This document shows, piece after piece, positions 37,965-50,726 of a stretch of 64,000 nt of DNA (position 1 is the stretch's first letter; each line of letters starts with the position of its first letter). Origin of the DNA: Eukaryota sp. GEM-RC1 (taxonomy: Eukaryota); contig JAUFOQ010000002.1 in the NCBI GenBank assembly GCA_040285855.1, forward strand, positions 3,162,001 to 3,226,000, in the 5' to 3' direction. The position numbers and the translations under genes were made by a program. A model generated the notes under the pieces. The model ran no database searches. It was given only the letters and a program-made list of their open reading frames with translations, and was not told where the DNA came from.

Positions 37965-38730
37965 TCAAACGTCATCAATACCACAATCAGAAATTTTAAA
38001 TTCCACCCAATCTTCAGGACAATTACTCGACTGAAACACTTGACAAAATCTTTTTCCAGTACGATTCCTGCACAAATAAAGCCTTAAAGTAGCTAAATGG
38101 GCCAGGACATTACCACCAAAGTGCCTCACCTTTTCTTCATCTTTATCGTCAATAACTGCATGAACATGGTTGGAAAACACAATTACAATGTTCTTTTCAC
38201 TGCTAAAGATAACAACTCTTTTAAAAACTTAGTCAAATGTTGTTGCCGTTCCACAATGTTCATACCATCAGCCGTACATGACCTATACAGAGCTGAAATT
38301 GAATCAATAGCCAAGAAAGATACTGTATCATTGTTAATAATGGAAAGACATTCTTGTAGAAGGGAGAGTTGTTGTTCAATGTGATAAGCTCGAGCATAGA
38401 CAATGTTATCGAGAACAATGTCTGGATCGACGTTGAATCGTTGGCAAATAGGTATCAGACGCTCAGGACGGAAAGTTCCTTCAGTATCGATGAATACGGC
38501 TTTACCAGCACCACCTCCTTTTGTCGTCTCAGTTGACAAGTGACAGAGAGTGTGTGAAGGAATTGGGATTTTCCACATCCACTCATACCAAATAGTTCAA
38601 CAACATGACCAGAAGGAAGACCTCCATGTAGAAGAGAATCGATTTGTGAGCACCCTGTGATGATTTTGAAACGATCTGCATGGTGTATTTCAACATAATC
38701 TGAAAGAGACAGAAAATGTGAATGTGACAT
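37965..38730 (-). CDS. RAD51/DMC1-family recombinase, core domain only (2 A-run frameshifts)
   Basis: TGCSQIDSLLHGG, Walker A GMSGCGKSQ, FIDTEGTFRPERL, LAIDS, GGNVLAH. Confidence 0.85.
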
Positions 38731-38789
38731 GGAATTGCCGGAATTGTGGTTCGTCCTCAATCTCCCCTTGCCTATTCCCCCTGCCTCTA

Positions 38790-39518
38790 ATGACTCAAGA
38801 GTATACAGATGAAGTAGATGCTCTTGAGTCCATGTATCCCACATCTGTCCATCATCTTTCCGGTTATACTAACTTCATCTTCTCAGTTATAGATCCTGAT
38901 TTTGGTGATTTAACACTGTCATTTTCCCCTACTCAATCTCCTAGCCCTTCCTTCTTCACTTTCTCTCTTCAATGGTCTCAACTCACCAAACAACAACTTT
39001 CTCTCCTAGAGAAAGAGTCACTCAACCATTCAAACTCTCTCTTTGATCTCATCTCTTTTCTCCAAGACTCTGCTCTCACTTACCTCTCTCCTACTCCTTC
39101 CAATGCTCCCCCTAGTTCTTTGGAATATCCACATCCTATAATAGAGCTGCATTCATTTGAGGATCGTAAGTCAGTTTTCCAAGCTTTTGTTTCTAAATGT
39201 CAGTCAAATGAAGAGTCAAAACTTTTCCTTTCGGTTATTCTCCAAAATTTCCCAAAAACACAACAAGCCACTCACAATTGCCACGTGTCACGGTCATTAA
39301 TCAAGGGTCAACTATCAATTGTGACTGATGATGATGGCGAGACTGGAGCGTCCATGGCCATGCTTAGGTTGTTAGAGAAGATGAAGGCAGAGAATGTAGT
39401 AGTTGTAGTAGCTAGATGGTTTGGAGGAGTATTGTTAGGACCAACGAGGTTTAGGCACTTTGTAAAAGCAACAAAGGAAGCTGTTGACGTGGCCAGGGGT
39501 CAGAATTTGATTGATTAA
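38790..39518 (+). CDS. IMPACT: IMPACT/Yih1 (RWD + UPF0029 domain)
   Basis: DEVDALESMY, DRKSVFQA, ATHN, DDDGETGA, VVARWFGGVLLGPTRF. Confidence 0.9.
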   Translation: MTQEYTDEVDALESMYPTSVHHLSGYTNFIFSVIDPDFGDLTLSFSPTQSPSPSFFTFSLQWSQLTKQQLSLLEKESLNHSNSLFDLISFLQDSALTYLSPTPSNAPPSSLEYPHPIIELHSFEDRKSVFQAFVSKCQSNEESKLFLSVILQNFPKTQQATHNCHVSRSLIKGQLSIVTDDDGETGASMAMLRLLEKMKAENVVVVVARWFGGVLLGPTRFRHFVKATKEAVDVARGQNLID

Positions 39519-39963
39519 AGGGAGGTATTGATCTGTTTGATTGATTGGAAACGTAGTTCTTCTGAATTATCACTGGAGATAGTCTTTTTGTGAGTTGTTA
39601 TTGACACTTTTCCGTGAACAATGTTTTTGTTTGCTTTTTTTTCCAAACAGGGAAGGTTAGTTTGTCATTTTCTCTCTATGGCTTTTGTGATGCTCCTTCA
39701 TTCGTTAAATAGAGTTCTAATAGAACTCTATTTTGCTGAAAAAAGACAATGAAAACGTTTTAACACTGATTGGAATTTTCAAAACAGTCAAAGTGGGTAG
39801 AATTCTCTCTCTCTTTTTTCATTTTGACCTTAGGTTTGACAAGAATAATCATAGTTATTAAGTCAAGATAAATATTACAGATCTCATCAATTTTGATATT
39901 AGATCAATATAGAACGTGTAAAACTGAAGCAGAAAGAAAGCGTTGTTGCATACATATATATAT

Positions 39964-41580
39964 TTATTCAAAATACTTCAAATCCAACAAATCAAAATAC
40001 GATTCATCAACCATAACTCCTCCATCAGGCATCTTTGGTTCAAACTCCATTTGATCAAGAACATGAGTCTGGATATCAACTCCGGGAGCAACTGAAGTCA
40101 ACATGAAGACTCCATCAACAAGTTCAAAAGTAGCTCGTTCTGTGATATATTTAACAGATTGCTTCTTGTTAGTTGCATCTACAGATGAAAAAGTAACGTG
40201 TTGAACATTCTTGACGAATTTTTTAAATTTGCCTTCTTTTTCAATAACAAGTTTTCCATCCTTAAGAGAAACAGCAAGTCCTGACGCAGTAAAGGTACCA
40301 ACAAAGACAATCTTGGGACAATTCTGAGAAATGTCAATAAAACCACCACATCCTGACAACTTACAACCAAACTTGGAAACGTTAAGATTTCCAAATTGAT
40401 CACATTCTACAATGAGAAATTTAAAATATTACATACCAGCTAGACCGAGCACTGCAGCATCAAGGAAAGTTCCACTATGATACATATCAAACTTCTGATG
40501 CTGAGCCATAATAACTTGAGGATTCACCATACACCCAAAGTCCTGAGCACTTTGAGGAATACCTCCCGCAGGACCAACCTCAACAGTATTATATAAGTCA
40601 ACACCATGATGCTCGCAGTAAAAGGCAACATCTTCAGGCATCCCGATCCCAATATTAACAACAGGATTATTCAAGCCAAGATTCTGAATCTCTCTACTTC
40701 CTCTTGCTCCAACCAGACCTCGTAACAACGACGGATGATATTGAACGCCAGAATCCTCAGAACTATTCGAAGGCATTCCAATAAAAGCGGGATTAAACTT
40801 GGTCTTGAATGTATGGAATTGGTGTTCTTCAGGGATAAGAACGAGATGATCTACGAGGATTCCAGGTATATGTACATTGATGGGGAGGATGCCTTCGTCA
40901 TTGTACAAGTGATCTACAATTCTCTTTACTTCTACAATCACCTTGCCCCCGTTAGCCTTGGCTGCTTGAGCGATGACTAGAACATCAGCATTGACACAGT
41001 CCTCGCAAGGGGAGACGTTTCCGTTGACGTCAGCAACAGTACCACGGAGGAGAGCAACATCAATGCGAGGAATGTGGTATTTGAGGTATTCTTCATCGTC
41101 TATTTTAATAAGGTGGACGAGATCCTCACCATCGTGACCATTGATCTTTCCTCCGTCTATGCGAGGATCTACGAAGGTGTGGAGACCAGTGCGGGAGAGA
41201 ACGAAAGGTTCAGAGCGAGCAAGGGCACGATAGGAGTTGGAGATAACGCCTTGAGGAAGGCAGTACGCATTAATGTCACCAGAGAACACGAGTTTACCTA
41301 TTTGAGGACAAAGACCGTAGTGGCCACCAACAACTCTGCGAAGACAACCTTTTCGACCAAGATGATTAAGACCTTCGGATTTACCATCTCCTTGACCAGC
41401 AGCAAAAACCAATGTAAGATCTTTGGGGTGACCGTGGGAGGCGTAGAAATCTTCGAAAAGAGTAAGAAGGAAGTTGGGGACACCAGCACTTACAAAGCCA
41501 CTAGTACAGATAGTCGATCCATCGGCGATATCAGAGAAAATAAGGGGAATATCAGTAACCAGTTTGTTAGACTTGACCAT
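39964..41580 (-). CDS. Fused family I acyl-CoA:acetate CoA-transferase (YdiF/Pct type), intron 40407-40436
   Basis: AAGQGDG, LPQGVI, GLHTFVDPR, NIGIGMPE, TVEVG, GNLNVSKFG..GCGGFIDISQ, YITERA. The 30-nt GTATGT...CTCATTGTAG intron restores the frame. Confidence 0.92.
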
Positions 41581-41663
41581 GTTGAAAGGAAAATGTCTAT
41601 AGTGATGATGTTCTCCTTCCTTTTTTTAAATGATTTTATATTCGAAAATAAAAAAAAGATGAT

Positions 41664-42064
41664 CTAATACTCAATGTCATCAAAACAAGATTCCTTCGAA
41701 TGGAACCTTGTTGATGCTTTGTCTTCATAAAACACACTTAGGGATAACAATGCTTTTGAAATCATTGTGGGAACTGCCTTTAGAATCGTAAAGACAATTC
41801 GATTCTGCCAAAAGAACGATCAAATATTTTGTTGGTTCTACGAGCTACAACTTTTGCAAATTCATCAAGGAACTTCAAGGCCAATTTGCCTAATCTACCA
41901 TATACGGAAATCGCAAATGGGACAAGTGAATATTCAACATGAACAATGTGTTTCAGGTCTTTCAAAGGATCAGCATACTTTCTTTGCTTGTTATTTTCAG
42001 CAATGTCTAAAGGTGAGATTTCCTTTGTAACAAACTTGTTACAACTTTTTTTGCAAACATCCAC
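41664..42064 (-). mobile_element. 3' fragment of an RLE retrotransposon
   Basis: DVC...AENNKQRKY...PFAISVYG..., continuing WQNRIVFTILK...FYEDK...CFDDIEY*. Confidence 0.75.
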
Positions 42065-42339
42065 TGGTTCTCCTTCCTGTTACAGCAACAGTGACATATT
42101 GATCAAGAACACTTCTAAAATCACCAACTTCAACAATAAATCATGGGAGTATTCTCTGGTATAACTTCATGTCAACACATGTTTGTGATTTCGTATGTGT
42201 TGTTTGTCTGACAGTACTTTCCTTTACAACCAAATAATTAATATGCCCTCAACATGGAGATGGTTTTTTCTTCGAATTTCTACAAAGACCTTCCAGAAAT
42301 GTCAACTTGTCAACCCAAGAGATTCCGACTAATATCCAT

Positions 42340-42660
42340 TTAGTGAACTTGTTGATGAATATTAGAATTAGATAAATCACGATTTCCAAAAATTCACAAT
42401 ATGATTCTTTAATATTGGTCCAGCCGGTTTAAAGTTTTTCAATGATTTTAGTCTTTTATGTCGTTCTAATGGCAAGGTGTTTAATAGCGCTGTATGGATT
42501 AATCGAATTATGTTCGCTCTTTATAGAAGCATTCCCAAGTATTTATGTTCCATTTATTCGAAGTTGTATAGGGACAATTCTCGTGTTGACGTGGAGAGTT
42601 TAACTTCTTTCATTTTCTGAATCAGTATGTATTCACTTATTGTTGCAAATAAACTCTTCA
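42340..42660 (+). mobile_element. 3' fragment of an RLE retrotransposon
   Basis: WINRIMFALYRSIPKY translation; the tail matches 57075-57195 in inverted orientation. Confidence 0.65.
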
Positions 42661-43619
42661 AAAATATGATTATTTACATTTGAAATGATTAAATCCCGAT
42701 TTTGTCCCAAATGGTCTATTCAAATGGTTTTGGTCGGTCGAGAACGATTTACATCCTTGCTATGTTGTGTAAAGAACATACCAATGTAAAGAGGATGATA
42801 ATCGAGGCAATTCTGCCATTACGTCTTTGAAAATATAGAAAACGAAACTGAAATTCAGAATCAACACAACAAATTCAATGATCATTGACTCTCCCACAGA
42901 AGCTTTTCCGTCGTAAATAGCACTTTGAGCTAAACAAGCTTTTGAGATCATAACTGGGATTGTTATAAAGCTCTAAAAGTCGAAAGCAGTCAGTGAGTTG
43001 CACCTTGGTTTGATATAACATTTGATATAACATTGAAATACATGGTCACGATAATGGATGTAATTAAATTGAACTTGAAATTTCTACATTAAATCCTTTC
43101 TCTCAGACACATGTTATCAACAAGAACTGCTTTAATTTGCAATTACAGACAAGGATTACCATCAATATTAACAAAGGAGTTCGGTACACCTTTCATTGTC
43201 TTAATCGAGTCTCAATCCAAAGAAACTAAAAAATTGTTGTTTTATAATCGAGAATGAGAGCGTTCCTGACAAACTGTTAACTCTAATTCCAAGAATTGTT
43301 TGTATAACATTGCCAAAAGCTTTGTAAAGTGTTGTGGCAAAGGAATAGAAAACAAACAGATCGTGGCGACGCGACTTCATCTTTGTAATTAATTCATTGT
43401 ACTTAGACTGTACAAATGTTCTGTTACAACAGTTTCAACAGTCGAACAATTTTGTTAAATATTTTGTTATCAACATGAATGGATAAGGTTTTAACCACCT
43501 ACAAACCGTCAAGAAACTAAGCAAAATAACGACTTATGATCCAATGCCGTGGATACCAAACAAACTGATTCTAGATTTGTGTGATTCATGTTCGTTTATG
43601 TTTGTTCACTCTTTGAAAG

Positions 43620-44231
43620 GCTTCAAATTTTCATCATTTAGTTAACTGTCATCAATTTATTCATTTTCGATCAATTATTCACAACAGTATCCGAGATACA
43701 TGTTTGGATATGTTTAAGGCTAATGGTTTTCATGGAAAAATTGAACCTTTACTTGCTAATCTTTCTGATCAGCCAAAAGTTGATAGAAGTCGTGGTGATT
43801 TGATTGGTCCTTGGTTATCTTGTCAGGAAATTATCATGGATTTCACGACTGCTGACCCTTGTAATTCAAGATCAATTTCAAAAATTTTTGATGATGATTT
43901 TTCGGCTCTTGAAGTGGCTGAAAAAGGAAAAAATACAAAGTACTGTCACTTAATTAACCAATTGAATGTTGACAGGTACAATTCTTTTGTGTTTCAAGCT
44001 TTTGCGATGTCGATATACGGTAATATTCGACCAGCTGCACAAGGTTTTTTAACTTCCTTTGGTAAATTGTGTTCTGAGTATGGTAAAGTTTTCAATGAAA
44101 ATTTTTGGTTGAGTAGGTTAACGTTTGCGTTGTTTCGTTCAATGCACAGATATTTTAATTCAATTTTAGGTAAGTTGTTCGGTGATGGACAGAAGGATCA
44201 TAGTTTAGATACTTTAGATAGTGTCTGTTAG
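43620..44231 (+). mobile_element. 3' fragment of an RLE retrotransposon
   Basis: HLVNC..IHNSIRD, RGDLIGPW, MDFTTADPC, AEKGKNTKY, FAMSIYG. Confidence 0.8.
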
Positions 44232-45934
44232 TTATTAACTTCTGCAAATGCATTTATTTCACTGACTGATCCTAAACCCCGTTTTTTTCTCTTTGAATGC
44301 CTTTCAGTTATAATTAATGTCCAGTTTACATGAATCCTCAGAAAACGAGATTCTGGTTATTAATTTAGGACAAATACGAATCAATTTTTCTCCAATTTTC
44401 AATTTCATTGTATGTGTGGAAATAAATGTACAAAAATGTGTAAAATATATACGTACAATGAAAACAATTATCTGCAAAACAGTATCTTGTGACATCAAAA
44501 ACGTTTTGTACAAAACAGATCCCTCGTATTGTTATAAGCTATCCACACTGTGATACGTTGCAGTCATTTATCACTGCAGTGTTTCGTTTCTTTCTAAACA
44601 CCTACATGACCCATCAAACAGATTACTAGTAAATCGCAGTATTGTACGACCACACACATGTTTATTAATTAATTAATTCAAGAAATGTTACAGTTACATG
44701 ATTGATGTTTGCGCAAAAGGAATTCATGACATGTTATGTTCAGGATTTGATGGAAAAATCTTTCTTGTGTGAGATTGATTGTTCCAAAAGAAATGGATGA
44801 GAACCATAGCACGAGAGTACACTTACTGAAGTGACTGTGATGATACCCGCATCATAGTCGCCTTCACTAATTGGACAGTTTCACCTTCATTAATTGCAAT
44901 TGGAATAATCCAACACTTACAGATTCTTCTCAGGATTCCAATGCTTCCTCGCGACGAACAAGCAACCGCTTGGCAACATTCTCAAAAGAATTGAACCAGC
45001 GCTGGTTGATAATTCCATTTCACCTCTCACACCAAAAAACTTTGTTTTCAAAACGATTATATTCGAAGGTGTGTCTCTCCATAATGACTTCTACTGATGG
45101 AATATGAAATTTTAAAAATAACATATTTTTTAGGACACTGATTTAGTTCATGTACACCACAAAAAGGATCATAAATTGATGTAGTTTAGCCTTCTCTGGA
45201 TTTCACTGCAAATTGCAGTTTCTTTAGAGTCAGGTATAGTCCGCCGGTGACTAAACTTGTCCACTATTCCTTCCCCCGTTCCTATCATTCCCATAGCCGA
45301 CTCTTTTGCGGTGACTGTACATCCTCAGTTCTGTCTTTCATCTTGCAAAAGAATAAAATCGACAATACTGTGAGTTTCGATGTTTTCTTACAGCGATCTT
45401 AGTGCTCTTACACCAAACAATCTACGAGTCCTATTTCTGTGAATATATTAACTCTGCAGTACATCATTTAAAACTCCTTAATCACCCTGATGCTGAACCC
45501 GTTTTTCAGTTCGAGTAGGGACTTCGAGTTTTCAACAGTAATCATTTCTGATTGGGTAAGAAATTGGTCCACCACTGATGAGGGAACAAAGATGTTAGTG
45601 ATGATGGTGATGTAGATGATCGTCAACAGTATGGGAACAACCTTAACGAACGAAACGAGGGAGATGATCCTACTTTGGCCAACCTTGTTGCAGAGGTTTG
45701 ATTTACTTCTCTAGAATTTTTTTAGAGTTATTGTTGAAATAAAGTGTTCCAGTAATGGCAAAATACACCAGAAACAGATTGTTGCACAACAAAAAATGTG
45801 GCGGAGAATTCAGTGAAAATTGACGAATTTACGCTATATCGGATATACGGTATATCCAGGGTTGATATACCGGTATGAAATTACATTCATTTAACATTAA
45901 GCCAACAGTTGTAATTAACTGTTGATGTTTGAAC

Positions 45935-48364
45935 TATGATACCCTTACGGCCCGGCCTAAGCCGGCTTACAGATTTCAAAAACTTTTTTGGCCGGCCTAA
46001 GCCGTGCTAGGCCAAATTTAACGCCGAAAGTCCAATAATAAATTGTAACATTAGTTGGTGCTTTTATTTTGTTTTAAATAATAACAAACAAGAAGAGGTT
46101 TTGCAGTGGATTCTTCTTCCACTATCTAACAATATATAACACTTTCAGAGCAATATGCCTCCCATTAAACGTCGCTGCCGCTCCGTAGGCTCTCCTGTTA
46201 AAAAAGCTGTGAACAACAAGTCACTCAGTACATTTTCTGATAGTACTTCTTCTGCTACGACGCCTTTTGATGACAACAATTCTACAAATTCTTCTCTCGT
46301 TCTTGAAAAGGAAAGCTTCCTGACGACATCGCTTCCTACTTCTCCACCAACTTCGGAGAAGAGGTTCACAAATGTCTTCTTTAAAAACCGGGTGACGCAT
46401 ATCCGTATCCATTTTCCACCAGCTCAGGAAATAAGCGGAAACATCTAGAGAAATGCCACCCTAACTGGAAAGATAGTTCGCCTCCAGAACAGCCGCAATT
46501 AGATTTTGCTCCCCCTCCTGATTGCTCAACAGCTCCTACTTCTGCTGAAGAACAAGCATACTTTGGTTCTCTTCTCCTTGAGTTTTTAATCGAAAACTCG
46601 CTACCTTTCAGTCTCCTAGAATCTCCTACTTTTAAAAAACTCCTGAAGTTTGCTAATAAGTACCTCAAATCACTTTCGGCTGATCTTGCATCTAGTAGAA
46701 TAGTTGTTGAATACGAAAAACAGAAGGAACTTGGGAAAGCTCAACTTTCCTCTCTTGATGTCTCTCCCTGCTTGTCTCTAGATTACTGGACATCAAAGTC
46801 TGGAATTCCCATTTTGGGTGTGTTTATCCACTACATTGACAAATATTTTGAACTCATCACGTTTTTGTTAGATCTAAAACCCGTTTCCCATCCCCACTCT
46901 GCTGCAAACACCAAGATCGCCCTTGACGAAATTTTGCAAGAGTACGGGATTAGTGAAATAACTTCAATCACTGCTGATAATGCCAGCAATATATCTTCTG
47001 CAATTGATATGTTTCACGGTGTCCAAGGAAGGAAGTGCTTTGCCCATACTCAATTTAGTAGCCAAAGATGGCTTGAATTTAGTAGATGAGTCTGTAAATA
47101 TTGTTCGAAAACTCACAGTAAAAATTCATCGCTCTCAGGCTCTTCAAAAAAAGATTGTTGATTCCACTGAAGCCCTAAACTCTTTGTTTCCTGAAGAGGC
47201 TCTCGTAATTCCCCCCACAAAACTAGTCAGAGATGTCGAAACCAGGTGGTCAAGTACTTATGAGATGCTCAAGAGTTACAACAAATGGCGAAACGTTCTC
47301 GTGAAGTACGGCGAGAATGATAGAACCATAGCTGCACTTAATCCCACTGACGACGAATACTTACGACTGAAGTCCTTTAATCGACAATTATTGAAGCCTC
47401 TTGCGGATTGTACGACAACAATATCAGGATCAAAGTATGTTACTTTATCCCTCTGCGTCGTTTTGTTTGATTCTTTGCTAAATACGTTCAAAGATATTTA
47501 CAACAATTCTGAAGATATTTGGATCAAAACGACTGCTAAATTGATGTTCGATAGATTGATTAAGTCTCAGAAATACTTTATCGACTATGTTGCCTTTGCT
47601 GCAGTTTTGCTTGATCCTCGCTACAAAAACAATAAGCTTAGAGAGTTTGCAGTCTTAGACAAAGAAGAGCACTGGGAGCAGTTGATTAGTATGATTGATA
47701 CATCGGAAAATTCCACACTAGCTGCAGAAATACCGTCGACAGGCGATCAAGCAGCATCAGATTCAGAAGATGACAATTTTGCAGAAAAAGCACTCGCTGT
47801 TAGAGAAGAAGAGTGTGAGATCGTGGACCAAAACAAGAGTGAGCTTGATAGGTATCTTGATGAAAGAGTTTCAGCTTCAGATCCACTCTTATGGTGGAAG
47901 TGCAATAACGAAAAGTATCCGAATTTGAGCCGAGTTGCAAGACAGTTCCTTGCAAGTCCTGCTTCTTCTGTTGCTTGTGAGTCTTTATTTTCTGTGGTTG
48001 GCCACATGATTCATGGAAGATGGAATTTGGATCGTGAAACAATTAGGTCTCTCATTGGACTAAAGTCTCGATTAAACAGCGGGAGAATAAGATCGGGCAC
48101 TTTGAAAATGGCTGTTGAAAAACCCAAAAGAAAGTCTTAAAACAATCACAGTTAAGTTTTTCTACAGCAATTCAGAACGAGAACGATGAAGTTGTATTGT
48201 AGTGAATTTCTAAATTACTTTATTTAAATAAAATTAGTCTTATATTTCTGTGATCATAGTAATAGATTTAGCAAGTTGTAAATTAGTTGGGCCTAGATTA
48301 CGGCTCATAGAAAAAAGATAGGCCGGCGTCGGCCTGGGCTAAGCTCGGCTGTAAGGGAATCATA
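45935..48364 (+). mobile_element. Full-length hAT DNA transposon, 2430 bp
   Basis: TIR TATGATACCCTTAC / TATGATTCCCTTAC, perfect 8-bp TSD GTTTGAAC (45927-45934 / 48365-48372), GGCCTA/AGCC subterminal repeats, internal transposase. Confidence 0.95.
46155..48140 (+). CDS. hAT transposase (2 apparent frameshifts)
   Basis: SLDYWTS (D1), TADNASN (D2), CFAH, ETRWSST, LDPRYK, WW...YPNLSRVARQFL..PASSVACESLFS (E, dimerisation domain). Confidence 0.93.
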
Positions 48365-48742
48365 GTTTGAACAGTGAGAAAATTGCTTTTCCCACCAAAG
48401 AAAACACGTGTTTCTGAGAAACTGAAGGCGATTTCCTTGGTAGAAAGCAGTTTTTGATAAGACTCAAGAGTATGGATAAACACTTGTTAGTAAGACAGCT
48501 GGGTACTGTAAAGAAAGGCGTCTACTAAAGAGAGAACTGGGGAAAGAATTGAATCTACTACTGTGATAGAGCTAAGAAGTTCAGGATCATTGCCATATTG
48601 GAGACATTTTACAATGTAAACGTTTGTGGATTCTCTAGAAAGATATGGTGGAAATGGTGAGCAGTAGAATAGGTCTACTAAGTAGACTTTACTTACTCCA
48701 AATATTTGAGTAATCTTTTTGACCACAAACATCTGTCCAAAA

Positions 48743-49129
48743 ATGGACAGACCGCACTATAACAGCAAGGTTCTCATCGGCAATTGGCTCGAGGAGAAAG
48801 CCAATACATCATGTCCTGTAAAGCAAGCACCTTCATCTTTTGCACATTGTTTCAATACGACTTATGGCAGATGTTTCTCAGAAAACAGAGCCTCAAGACC
48901 TCAGTCCTCGTCTTCAACTCAATCATTTGATCCATTTGCCACCACTTCTTCTTTGTCCTATAAAAACCCTTCTACAATACCACCAAAGATGGAGAATGTT
49001 GTTGCTCCGTCATCAGTGAACGTGGAACAGTACAGACAAACTTATTCTAAATGCCCTGCATCTTGTGTATCTCGCTTTGTTTCAACTTCTCATCGAGATT
49101 ATGGGTGTTTTACTAAAACAAGGAAATAA
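48743..49129 (+). CDS. Small ciliary microtubule-inner-protein-like (CFAP107/CFAP68/CFAP95-type motif)
   Basis: YNSKVLIGNWLEE N-terminal motif plus TTY...F / STSHRDY Mn-like repeats. Confidence 0.65.
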   Translation: MDRPHYNSKVLIGNWLEEKANTSCPVKQAPSSFAHCFNTTYGRCFSENRASRPQSSSSTQSFDPFATTSSLSYKNPSTIPPKMENVVAPSSVNVEQYRQTYSKCPASCVSRFVSTSHRDYGCFTKTRK

Positions 49130-50726
49130 TTGTACTATTTCGTTGTCTGGTTTTCTGTCACTTTAGCACTATATCATATAATAAAACTCACTTTATTCCA
49201 ATTCAAGCTACTATACACACATGATGTCCGAACAGTTCAAGCTCAGCACCGGTCAATTCGAGACTTTTTATGCTATAAATTAACGAAATACAAACACCTA
49301 GTACTTAAAAGATATTAAATGATCCACATCTACTCTTGAACTAAAAACTCTTGAACCGGTAAATTCTATTTTTTAAATTTGAAGTTGTCACTTTCAAAAT
49401 TCACAATCAAATTGATTGAGAGTTTGGTCGATCGTATAATAATATTAAAATAAAAAATAGCAAAGATTCACAATTCACTTTTAGAAGCATTGAAGGACAT
49501 TTGTAGGTATTTTGATTCAATGTTAAACCATCTCTTTGGATTGAGACCTGACCATGAGATAAGTGTGTAGGTTTTCCTATTTAGTTACTTAAGTATTGCG
49601 TAACAACAAAAGAGCCTTAGTTGTAGAAAATTTTGCTGTTAATACAACTACTACTGTGCTTTTCACCTGAAATGCATATTTCACAACATTCTTACACCTT
49701 TTTCCCACAGACTTTTCCCATCAAAATGTCTTCATATCCGTCTCTTTCTTCCAGTGTCTCTGTAATAGTGTGCCCAAACTCATAATCCTTGACTCTCCTG
49801 ACTCCTTCAAACTGGTATACACTTTTGACATGATCAATGCCAAATATTACATGTCAGTCTTGTTACTTGTGAACCTAAGGGCTGCATGAAATTACTTATG
49901 ACTAGATAACAACCATCTTGGGTTCTTACGTGGTCAGCCAATTTCTCTATTTATCGAAGCTCTGTTTATAGCAGACATGTGTGATCGTTTTATTAGGTAA
50001 ACGTATGTATATTCTCAATAAATAGCTAGTGCTGAAAGTTTCATCATCTCACACCATCTTACATATATCATATGAAGAACAGTGGTTCATGAACTGAACA
50101 TGGGCACTGTTCATTCACGTAATAAAGTCATGACAGTCATGACTCATGAGTGGTCATGTTATGTTCAACTCGGATGTGGGTATATTCTGTAGGACGAAGA
50201 TCTGTTTATTGATTAACCCAGGATCGTCGAAAGTGTCGATCCTTGCTCTTGTCTGAAGTTCCTAGTTAATTCGTAAACCTTAAGAGGGAACCGTGGTTGA
50301 TGGATGGAAGCTGTTGAGTGTCTCTGACTAACAGATTCTCCCCGCATATGCACTGAATGAAGATCTAACTAACGGTAGATACAAAGATACAAAATGTGAC
50401 GTTCTAACGCAACAAGCATAGAACATGTGAAGAGTAGGGGCTTGCGTAGGAGTATAAATATCACCTATCTCGATCATCAAACTGTGACAAAAACGTGTCA
50501 TGAAGACAGGAATGCTGTGAAATCCGAAGATATCAAGGAGTATAGTGGACGGCGTCTAGGAAGAATCCACAGCATCAGTATGACAAAGCCATGAATATGT
50601 CTGAACAGTGCGTACTTCTGTATCTTCACTCGCGTGATGTGTTAGAGTTAAGAGATCTACGTCAGGATCGCAGAGAAGGTCTAAAGATCGAGTCATGCAG
50701 AAAATGATCTGTGTGAAATAATACAA

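Noticed and set aside
39964..41580. Bacterial contamination of the contig
   Set aside because: The bacterial-type genes contain host-style micro-introns and are flanked by eukaryotic genes and TEs.
41074..41667. 197-aa plus-strand ORF
   Set aside because: Antisense shadow of the CoA-transferase.
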